From an uncultured Anaerolineales bacterium (lineage in GTDB: Bacteria; Chloroflexota; Anaerolineae; Anaerolineales; UBA11858), in contig CAYQQX010000003.1 in NCBI GenBank assembly GCA_964419495.1, positions 4,943 through 68,942 on the forward strand: a DNA stretch of 64,000 nt, read 5' to 3'. The notes beneath the pieces are model-generated. The model worked only from the letters and a program-made list of their open reading frames with translations. It did not search any database and had not been told where the DNA came from. Both the position numbers and the translations under genes were made by a program. This document shows, one piece after another, positions 19,450 to 27,586 of this stretch. Each line of letters opens with the position of its first letter. Within the stretch, counting starts at the first letter, position 1.

Positions 19450-19735
19450 AGGCCCCAACCCAACAACCCAATCTGATTAGATTATTCTTTCGTCTTCCAG
19501 AATACCCGAATGTTTCCAAAAAGTCAATACTTAGCACTAATACTTTCCAAATTCGACACAACTATTGGACAACTCGGAATATAATGTATCACGCATGCTA
19601 TAATGCGGCTAATATGGAAACAATCAATCGATATATACGTCTTAGGATATCGATTAATGTGTTTCTCGAACGCGCCGCCAATCAAGGCAAGAGCAGGTTT
19701 GGAATTTTCGTAAACAAATTCATGGAGGTTGAAGG

Positions 19736-22159
19736 ATGCAATCACATGCTCGCGTTGTAATTATTGGGGGTGGCATTATGGGTGTCGGCCTGTTGTACCA
19801 CCTGATCGAAGCGGGCTGGGATGATTGTGTGCTTATTGAAAAAGCTGAGCTGACTTCCGGCTCTACCTGGCATGCTGCTGGTCAATGTCCTAATTTCACT
19901 GCAGATTACAACATTGCCAAGATCCAACACTACAGCAATACATTCTATCCAAGATTAGAAAAATTGACTGGGCAGGCAACTGGTTGGCATGGCGTCGGTG
20001 GGATTCGTTTGGCAACCACGAAAGAAGAATTAGACAATTTCCGGCAAGTAGAGGGCATCGCAAAAAATGTCGGATTCCGTATGCAGATTATCAGCCCTGA
20101 GGAGATTCGACGGCTCAATCCCTTTGTATCCCTGGAAGGTGTACTTGCTGGTGCCTGGACACTAGACGATGGCTATGTTGATCCGGCAGGCGTTACCAAT
20201 GCAATGGCCATCGGAGCAAAAAACATGGGGGCAACGATTGTCCGCCATAATCAAGTTACCAATATCAACCTGCTCCCAAATGGGGAATGGGAAGTATTGA
20301 GTCAACAAGGGACAATCATTTGTGAGCATGTAGTCAACGCTGGCGGCTGCTATGCTGCTCGAATCGGCGCCTGGGTAGGTCTAGATCTTCCAATCGTCCC
20401 AATGAAGCACCAATATCTGGTCACCGAACCAATCAAAGAATTTATCGAGCGAGATGAAGAGATCCCCGTCATGCGTGATCCCTACCCCAATGCCTACTAT
20501 CGCCAGGAACAGCATTCAGGACTGATAGGCATTTATGAGCGCAGCGATACCCAGGAGGCCTGGTATGGTTCGCCAGGGCAGGATTGGGATTCAGAGAGCG
20601 AACTCTTTCCGGCAGATTTCGATATCATTATGCCCGGGCTTGAACGCGTCATGGAGCGCATGCCTTTATTTGCCGAAGCAGGGATTATGCGTGTCATCAA
20701 TGGGGCTAACACCCGCACTCCAGACCACAATCCGTTGGTGGGGCCCGCTCCTGGGCTGCGAAATTTTTGGCTCAGTTGTGGACAAAATATGGGGATTGGG
20801 CAAGGGGCTGGTGCTGGAAAATACTTGGCGCAATGGATGATGCATGGAGATGCTGACATTAACATGGTCGGCGTCGACCCGCGCCGCTTTGGACCTTACG
20901 CCGATCGAGAATACGCTCGCGCCAAAGCGCACCAAGACTTCAGCTTCATGTATATTCTGCGCCTGCCAGGTGAGGAGCGCCCCGCGGGACGACCAGCTCG
21001 CACCAGCCCATTGTATGCAAAACTAAAAGCCAAAGGCGGAAATTTCGCTGAGACCTTTGGCTGGGAACGCCCCAAGTGGTTTTCTCTGGATGGCCGTGAG
21101 GAAGAAAAAAGTTATCGGCGCAACAATATTTTCGAAGTGGTCGGTGATGAGTGCAGGGCGGTCCGCGAGCGGGTGGGCGTTTTGGACCTTTCCAGTTTCA
21201 CCAAGCACGAGGTGACCGGACCTGATGCTGTGGCGTTTCTAAACCGGGTGTTAGCGAACCGGGTATCCCAGCGGGATGGCGGCATTGTCCTGGCACACGG
21301 CTTATCAAACCAGGGTCGCATCCTAAGTGAATATACAGTAACACGCCTGGGCGAGGAACATTTTTACCTGCTCTCAGCCGCAGCCGCGAACATCCGCAGC
21401 AGCGATCAACTCGACCAAAGTAAACGCGATAATGAAGAAGTAATCATCGAAAATATCACCGAGGAATGGGGCACGCTGGTCTTGGCCGGACCTCGTTGTC
21501 GTGATCTACTCAAAAAAATCACAAATACGTATTTGACAAATGACCACTTCCCTTGGCTGATAGGAAAAGAAGTCGAGGTGGCCGGGGTGAAGCTGCGTGC
21601 GTTGCGCATCAATTATGTAGGCGAACTAGGCTGGGAACTCCACATGCCCATCGCACAGCTCGAATTCATCTATGATGCAGTTTGGGAAGCTGGCGAAGAA
21701 TTCGGCATCGCAGATTTTGGCATGTATGCCTTGAGCAGCCTGGGCAAAGAAAAAGCCTATTATTCATGGGGTATAGAGTTGATCAACGAGATCACTTTGA
21801 TCGAGGCCGGTATGCTACGTTTCGTGGACTTCGACAAAGGGGATTTCGTCGGAAGGGAAGCGTTGATACGTCGCCAACAAGAGCAGTTGGCCTGGAATAT
21901 TGTCTATGTAGAAGTGGACGCAGTGGATGCTGAGGTGCGCGGCAGTGAACCAGCGCTGGATGGTGATAAAGTAATCGGCGTAACAACATCGGGCGCATAT
22001 GGGTATGCCGTCAAAAAAAGCCTGGCCTTTGTCTATGTTCCCCCAGAATATGCTGAGCCAGGAACCACCTTCGATATTGAGATCCTCGGTCGTCGCCGTC
22101 GCGCGCAAGTGCTGGCGGAAGCGGCCTATGACCCTCGGAATAAACGTCTACGATCTTAG
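19736..22159 (+). CDS. Dimethylglycine/sarcosine dehydrogenase-oxidase-like flavoprotein (FAD domain + GcvT folate-binding domain)
   Basis: It is 807 aa and contains VVIIGGGIMGVGLLYHL, the covalent-FAD-type motif SGSTWHAAGQ, and the C-terminal aminomethyltransferase block INYVGELGWELHMP. Confidence 0.85.
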   Translation: MQSHARVVIIGGGIMGVGLLYHLIEAGWDDCVLIEKAELTSGSTWHAAGQCPNFTADYNIAKIQHYSNTFYPRLEKLTGQATGWHGVGGIRLATTKEELDNFRQVEGIAKNVGFRMQIISPEEIRRLNPFVSLEGVLAGAWTLDDGYVDPAGVTNAMAIGAKNMGATIVRHNQVTNINLLPNGEWEVLSQQGTIICEHVVNAGGCYAARIGAWVGLDLPIVPMKHQYLVTEPIKEFIERDEEIPVMRDPYPNAYYRQEQHSGLIGIYERSDTQEAWYGSPGQDWDSESELFPADFDIIMPGLERVMERMPLFAEAGIMRVINGANTRTPDHNPLVGPAPGLRNFWLSCGQNMGIGQGAGAGKYLAQWMMHGDADINMVGVDPRRFGPYADREYARAKAHQDFSFMYILRLPGEERPAGRPARTSPLYAKLKAKGGNFAETFGWERPKWFSLDGREEEKSYRRNNIFEVVGDECRAVRERVGVLDLSSFTKHEVTGPDAVAFLNRVLANRVSQRDGGIVLAHGLSNQGRILSEYTVTRLGEEHFYLLSAAAANIRSSDQLDQSKRDNEEVIIENITEEWGTLVLAGPRCRDLLKKITNTYLTNDHFPWLIGKEVEVAGVKLRALRINYVGELGWELHMPIAQLEFIYDAVWEAGEEFGIADFGMYALSSLGKEKAYYSWGIELINEITLIEAGMLRFVDFDKGDFVGREALIRRQQEQLAWNIVYVEVDAVDAEVRGSEPALDGDKVIGVTTSGAYGYAVKKSLAFVYVPPEYAEPGTTFDIEILGRRRRAQVLAEAAYDPRNKRLRS

Positions 22160-22179
22160 AACATCACCGCACTAACATT

Positions 22180-23454
22180 ATGAGGAACTTCTTTACTATC
22201 CAAAATGCTCACGCGCTGCATCCCGAAATTGTGAAATATTTTAAGCGCAATTTTTTCGTCAACGTGATGGATGCAGGTTTTTGGTTCTTTGGCGATAGTT
22301 TTGTAGCCGCGTATACCATATTGCCGGTATTCATGAGCACGCTCACAGATTCGCCCCTTTTAATTGGGCTGATACCAGCCTTGGAAGGAGCTGGCTGGTT
22401 TTTGCCACAAATATTTTTGGCCCGACATTTGGAAGGCAAGAGTCGACGTTTGCCTTTGGTTCGGGCTTTGGGAGCTCTCGACCGGCTGCCATTTTTGCTA
22501 CTGGCATTGAGTACTTTCTTCATCTCGATGATGGACACAAATTTGGCTATCGGATTGTTTTTAGCAATCTATGGGATCAAAGTATTTTCAGGCGGATTAG
22601 TGGCCTTGCCCTGGCAAGAGTTAATTGCCACCGTCATCCCTGTTTCTCACCGAGGGCGTTATTGGGGTACGGCATTAATTCTGGGAAAACTGATGGGGAT
22701 GATTGGCGCTGTACTGACTGGCTTCTTGCTAGTCAATTTTGCTTATCCAGTGAATTACGCATATATGTTTTTGATTGGTTTTGTTTGCGTGATGTTTTCG
22801 TATGTTTTCTTATACATGAATTTTGAACCCGCGATAGAGCGCCAGGCTCCGCAAGAAGAGATCCCAATCTGGGGGCGTATCACTGGAATTCTTAGGGCAG
22901 ATCATAATTTTGGGATGTATCTAGTAAATCGGGGATTCGTATTTCTGAGTTTTATGGGGTTGGGATTTATTACCGTTTATGGGATCCAGAAATTCAACCT
23001 GCCCCTTTCGTATTCAGCAGTTTTTACCGGCGTGATGCTGGTTTCTGAAATTGTGGGGTATGGGATTTGGGGAACAGTTGGGGATAAAATGGGATATAAA
23101 CGAGTCATTGAATACAGCAACGTTTTCTTGATAGTGGGATTATTTGCCATCTTAACAATTAAATCGGTCTGGGGGTTATACCTGGTATTTGGGATCATCA
23201 GTTTTGCCCATTCAGGGGAGTACATTGCCGATCAAAATATCGCTATGGAATTCGGGTCGGAAGCAAACCGGCCAATATACATTGGTATGTCTAAAACATT
23301 AACCGGTCCAGTCCTATTACTCGCGCCCCTGATTGGAGGGAGTCTGGTGAAAATTTGGGGATACCAAAGCATGTTTGCAACTGCCTTGATTGTTTCGACG
23401 ATTGCCTTCGTTATTATCAAATTCTTTGTAGTAGAACCCAGACATTCAAATTGA
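22180..23454 (+). CDS. MFS transporter
   Basis: It is 424 aa with about 12 predicted hydrophobic spans. It starts 21 nt after the preceding gene. Confidence 0.75.
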   Translation: MRNFFTIQNAHALHPEIVKYFKRNFFVNVMDAGFWFFGDSFVAAYTILPVFMSTLTDSPLLIGLIPALEGAGWFLPQIFLARHLEGKSRRLPLVRALGALDRLPFLLLALSTFFISMMDTNLAIGLFLAIYGIKVFSGGLVALPWQELIATVIPVSHRGRYWGTALILGKLMGMIGAVLTGFLLVNFAYPVNYAYMFLIGFVCVMFSYVFLYMNFEPAIERQAPQEEIPIWGRITGILRADHNFGMYLVNRGFVFLSFMGLGFITVYGIQKFNLPLSYSAVFTGVMLVSEIVGYGIWGTVGDKMGYKRVIEYSNVFLIVGLFAILTIKSVWGLYLVFGIISFAHSGEYIADQNIAMEFGSEANRPIYIGMSKTLTGPVLLLAPLIGGSLVKIWGYQSMFATALIVSTIAFVIIKFFVVEPRHSN

Positions 23455-23726
23455 TTAGATCATCTTCAAAGTTGTTCAAGACTTTTTAGTAATTTCCTAA
23501 AAAATCACACCCAATCTCCAAGATATATTGCCAACTCCTTCTGATAAAAGGAGCGTAATTCAGTTTGGGAGTGAGATTTCAAAAATACATTTTGTTCTTC
23601 AGTCGGAGTTACTCTACCATCGCCCCCCGACCCTCAATTCTAGGGGGGCGGACAAGAATTCCCCCCGAAACAGAAACGCACACTGATGAAATGAGATGTT
23701 GCAAAATTATCATGGTCGCGATATTA

Positions 23727-23742
23727 TAGTAATATATTACTA
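23727..23742. promoter_or_regulatory. Perfect 16-bp palindrome TAGTAATATATTACTA, candidate GntR operator
   Basis: The palindrome is read directly and lies 142 nt upstream of the GntR start codon. It has the GT...AC core symmetry typical of GntR/FadR-type operators. Confidence 0.4.
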
Positions 23743-23883
23743 AACATATTAATTGATTTCTTTAGAATACGCTCCATTACCAACCTTGTCTTTCTTGAAG
23801 TAAATTGAAATGTTAATACTCCCCTGTCATTTGAGATTTCTATCAACACAAACCACAAATATAAAGAGAGTGTAAATGCAATC

Positions 23884-24549
23884 ATGTCAAATCCAATAAC
23901 AAAAAAAGACAGAGCGTTTCGGGAAATTAAAAAGGCCATTATTGCCGGAAAGTTGGAATCAACAAAAATTTTCAGCATTGCCGAGTTGTCTGAAACGTTT
24001 GAGTACGGCAGAACACCCATAAGAGAAGCATTAGTAATACTCGCTTCAGAGGGATTGGTTGAACCTATTCCAAAATTAGGTTATCAGGTGAAATCCCTTT
24101 CTGTTCATGACATGCTAGAAATTTTCCACCTCAGAAGTATTCTTGAGGTTGAAGCAGCAGGGCTGGCAGCAGAGAAAATTACAGATGAAGATATTAGTTT
24201 GCTGGAAACGAACATCCGTTTAGAACAAGAATTAGTAATAAGCCTACAATCAGAAAAATTAACTCATTCATATGAGGATGCACATGCGCTAAATTTGAAG
24301 TTTCACCAAATCATCGCACGTGCATCTGGCAATAATCGTTTGGCCGGTATGGTGGAAAAGTTACTAAACGAATTGGAAATCGTGCTTGGATATGACCCAA
24401 AAATTGCAAGGGTCGAAATTGCTGCTGCGGCTGCAATACAGCATTATGAAATAATTGAAAGGCTGCGACGAAGAGATAAATCGGGTTCGGAAGAAGCCAT
24501 GAAAAAGCACATTGAGAATGCTAAAAATAATTCCTTGATTCGATTTTAA
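23884..24549 (+). CDS. GntR family transcriptional regulator (FadR/FCD-type C-terminal domain)
   Basis: It is 221 aa with the winged-helix region FREIKKAIIAGKL...IAELSETFEYGRTPIREAL and a helical C-terminal domain. Confidence 0.85.
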   Translation: MSNPITKKDRAFREIKKAIIAGKLESTKIFSIAELSETFEYGRTPIREALVILASEGLVEPIPKLGYQVKSLSVHDMLEIFHLRSILEVEAAGLAAEKITDEDISLLETNIRLEQELVISLQSEKLTHSYEDAHALNLKFHQIIARASGNNRLAGMVEKLLNELEIVLGYDPKIARVEIAAAAAIQHYEIIERLRRRDKSGSEEAMKKHIENAKNNSLIRF

Positions 24550-24610
24550 CGTTTGTCTTCCGAATTCATGAGTCCATTGCTCCAGAAAAATATTTGAGGA
24601 AAAACAAATA

Positions 24611-26077
24611 ATGGAAAAATATTCCAAAACACCTGAAATTATCTCGATTTCATCTCACCATAAGATTGAAATATTAAGTCCATCTGAAATTGACAGCCTT
24701 CGTAAGGGGACATACAAGCTATTAGCGGAAGTTGGGGTGTATTATCCTTCCAAGAAAGCGTTAACGATATTTGCTGAACATGGTGCTGAGGTTGATTGGA
24801 ATTCTAAGATTGTGCACATCCCCCCCGATTTGGTCGATAAAGCAATGGCAACTGCACCACGCAATATTGTTCTTGCGGGGCGTGAACCACGTTTTGACCT
24901 GACGCTGGATGGCAGTCGCTCATACCTGACAACGGATGGCTGCGGTGTGCATGTGATCGATTTGGAGACCCGCGAAAAACGAGCCTCGAGAAAGGCAGAT
25001 GTCGCCATGATGGCCCGCGTTGGTGATGCTATTCCATTGGTCAGTTTCTTCTGGCCATCGGTCAGCGCTCAGGATTTCGGAATAACTGCTCCTTTACATG
25101 AATGTCACGCTGGTCTAACAAACACCTTAAAACATGTTCGAGGCGGGACAACGGTATACCCTGAGCTAGCACCCTACCTGGTAGAAATGGCGACTGTGGT
25201 TGCTGGTTGTGAGGCTGAGCGGCGGAAACGCCCTCCAATTTGCGCCAATATCTGCGCAATTCCGCCCCTCAGTCATGATGAACATGGCATTGAAACCGCT
25301 TTGATTTATGCAGCCGCGGGCATCCCGATCAGTTTTATGGCAATGCCTAATATGGGATCAACTGCCCCGATGTCTGTTCTGGGGGCAATCTTGCAAGGGG
25401 ATGCTGAATCAGTCAGTGCGATGGTTCTAATGCAATTAGCAAATCCGGGTACGCCGGTATTTCATGCAATCATCACCTCGGTGATGGATCCTCGCACTGG
25501 AGGTTACATTGCCAGTATGCCCTTACCGTTGAGATTTATCGCGGTTCAAATGGCCCATGCTTGGGGTGTGCCCTGTCTGGGAGGCGGCACTTTCAGTAGT
25601 GATGCTGGTGACCTTGGTTGGCAGTCTGCTTTTCAAGGTGCATTTGGAGGCGCTCAAATCCCCCTGGCTGGGGGAGAAATATGCGGTTATCTGGGATTAA
25701 TGAATTCATCCACAACGCTTTATCCCGAACAGATCATGTTGGATGCTGAGATAGCCATGCATGTCTATGAAACCTATAAGGCATTTGAATTTAAGGATCT
25801 TGACGTAAACCTGGACGTGATAAAAGAGGTTGGTCCTCGGAACCATTTCCTACGCCAGAAACATACCCGAAACCACATGCGTGATTTTTATTATTCTCCC
25901 ATCTTCAATCAACACGATCAAGATGGTAATCTGCGAGAACCACGTGATGTCGCTCTCGAGAAGTTTAAGGAACTGGAGAAAAACCACCATCCTGAGCCAC
26001 TGCCTCAGGATGTGTTAAAAGAATTAGATAAGATCATGGATGCCGCGGATAAAAAATCATTGGAGTTAGGAATTTGA
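24611..26077 (+). CDS. MttB-superfamily methyltransferase (non-Pyl)
   Basis: It is 488 aa and shares the blocks of 11144..12601 and 55684..57144 (SFFWPSVSAQDFG, LHECHAGLTNTLKHVRGGTTV, PPICANICAIPPL, DPRTGGY). Confidence 0.88.
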   Translation: MEKYSKTPEIISISSHHKIEILSPSEIDSLRKGTYKLLAEVGVYYPSKKALTIFAEHGAEVDWNSKIVHIPPDLVDKAMATAPRNIVLAGREPRFDLTLDGSRSYLTTDGCGVHVIDLETREKRASRKADVAMMARVGDAIPLVSFFWPSVSAQDFGITAPLHECHAGLTNTLKHVRGGTTVYPELAPYLVEMATVVAGCEAERRKRPPICANICAIPPLSHDEHGIETALIYAAAGIPISFMAMPNMGSTAPMSVLGAILQGDAESVSAMVLMQLANPGTPVFHAIITSVMDPRTGGYIASMPLPLRFIAVQMAHAWGVPCLGGGTFSSDAGDLGWQSAFQGAFGGAQIPLAGGEICGYLGLMNSSTTLYPEQIMLDAEIAMHVYETYKAFEFKDLDVNLDVIKEVGPRNHFLRQKHTRNHMRDFYYSPIFNQHDQDGNLREPRDVALEKFKELEKNHHPEPLPQDVLKELDKIMDAADKKSLELGI

Positions 26078-26256
26078 TAGGGCAAAGTAGAAACAGCTTG
26101 AAATGGGAATTTCCAAAGGAGGCGAAAGTCTTGGTCATTGGAGGAGGGGTGGTCGGCTGCAGCGTTGCAAACCATCTCACTAAGCCAGGATGGAAAGACG
26201 TTATTATTTCAGAAAAAATCCAAATTTCGGCTGAACAATGTAAAAGAACCGAGTAG
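26074..26256 (+). pseudogene. Relic of the N-terminus of a DMGO-like flavoprotein
   Basis: Residues AKVLVIGGGVVGCSVANHLTKPGWKDVIISEK (about 26122..26217) align with [32 protein letters not shown] of 48467..50947. Similarity then stops and the frame terminates at 26256. There is no credible start or RBS. Confidence 0.6.
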
Positions 26257-26290
26257 CCAATTTGCTAGAATCAGATACAAAGGAGATCCG

Positions 26291-27460
26291 ATGAAAATAC
26301 TACTATTAGGTGTTGGGCTTCAGGGCAAAGCAACCATACATGACTTGGTCGGTAGTCCAGCAGTCACACAAGTCATTGCCGCAGATAAAAATTATGAAGA
26401 TCTCACCGCTTTCGTAGATACACTTAAGACCGATAAGGTCATACCTATACAATTGGATGTTCGTGATAAGGCACAAGTTGCAGAACAAATGCAGCGTGTG
26501 CAAGCCGTCATCGTTTTGTTGCCAAAAGAATTACGCCTGGATGTGGCCCGGCTAGCGGTTGAGAACGGGATTCATTTCATTGAAACATCGTATATATTGC
26601 CTGAATTTGTGCAGCTTGGCGCAGAAGCTAAAGCACGTGGGATAGCACTTCTTCCAGAATGTGGGCTAGATCCCGGGATCGATCTCGTGCTTGCGGGGCG
26701 CGCGATCAGGGAATTCGATGAAGTCCACGAATTACATGCATATGGAACTGGTGTCCCTGAACCAAAAGCAGCCGACAACCCGATAAAGTACAAGATCTCT
26801 TGGATTTTTGCCGGTGTACTGAGCGCCTATAATCGCTCTGCACGCTTTTTGAAAGGCGGGGAAATTGTCGACATAACCCCGGGCGAAATGTTTGACCAAG
26901 CGTATATTCACAATGTAGACATGGGTGACCTGGGTACAATGGAAGCCTACTACAATGGTGATGCTATCCAGTATCTGGATATTCTAGAAATTGCCGATAC
27001 CATTACCGACACTGGCCGGTATTCCATGCGCTGGTCAGGACACGCAGCTTTCTGGAAAAAGTTAGTCGACCTGGGATTCTTAGAAGAAGAGCCTATCCTT
27101 GTTGGGGAAAATGAAGTATCTCCACGGCAGTTTGTTCATGACCTCTTGGCTCCACAATTGCAATACGGACCAAAAGAAAGAGATATAGCTGGGCTTCGTA
27201 TCGAAGTTGTTGGTTTAAAGAATGGAAAATCTAAACGCGTCATATACCAGATGGTTGACCGCCGCGATTTGGAAACAGGCCTACTGGCTATGCAACGCAC
27301 CGTGGGCTTTACTGCCAGCATCGGTGCCCAAATGATCTTAAATGGACAGATCACAAAACGTGGACTCCTGACACCTACTCGCGATATTCCATCGGACATC
27401 TTAATTGAAGAATTGAAAAAACGAGGGATATCCATCCAACGGACAGAAAGTGACTCCTGA
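26291..27460 (+). CDS. Saccharopine dehydrogenase family oxidoreductase
   Basis: The ATG at 26291 follows AAAGGAG. MKILLLGVGLQGKA is the Rossmann start. I rejected the track's upstream extension from 26138. Confidence 0.7.
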   Translation: MKILLLGVGLQGKATIHDLVGSPAVTQVIAADKNYEDLTAFVDTLKTDKVIPIQLDVRDKAQVAEQMQRVQAVIVLLPKELRLDVARLAVENGIHFIETSYILPEFVQLGAEAKARGIALLPECGLDPGIDLVLAGRAIREFDEVHELHAYGTGVPEPKAADNPIKYKISWIFAGVLSAYNRSARFLKGGEIVDITPGEMFDQAYIHNVDMGDLGTMEAYYNGDAIQYLDILEIADTITDTGRYSMRWSGHAAFWKKLVDLGFLEEEPILVGENEVSPRQFVHDLLAPQLQYGPKERDIAGLRIEVVGLKNGKSKRVIYQMVDRRDLETGLLAMQRTVGFTASIGAQMILNGQITKRGLLTPTRDIPSDILIEELKKRGISIQRTESDS

Positions 27461-27586
27461 AAACAATAGCCGCAGTTCTTGGATTGCGGCTGTTCATGTT
27501 TGCTGCACCTGATTTTTTCTGGATAGCCTTTGTGATCATTAAAATTTTTGCAACGCTTCAGATATGCTATTCGATAGTTAATCAAT

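Noticed and set aside
19580-19604. Two TATAAT hexamers (19580-19585 and 19599-19604) as promoters for the DMGO-like gene
   Set aside because: I found no acceptable -35 element at 16-18 nt spacing for either hexamer. The region is AT-rich, so TATAAT alone is weak evidence.
23724-24020. 98-aa hydrophobic ORF on the - strand overlapping the GntR start
   Set aside because: It is antisense to the conserved GntR winged-helix region and lies in AT-rich sequence, where spurious ORFs with hydrophobic translations are common.
26138-26290. N-terminal extension of the saccharopine-dehydrogenase-family ORF given in the track
   Set aside because: The extension overlaps the DMGO relic and has no family similarity. 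The internal ATG at 26291 has a good AAAGGAG RBS and begins the Rossmann fold.
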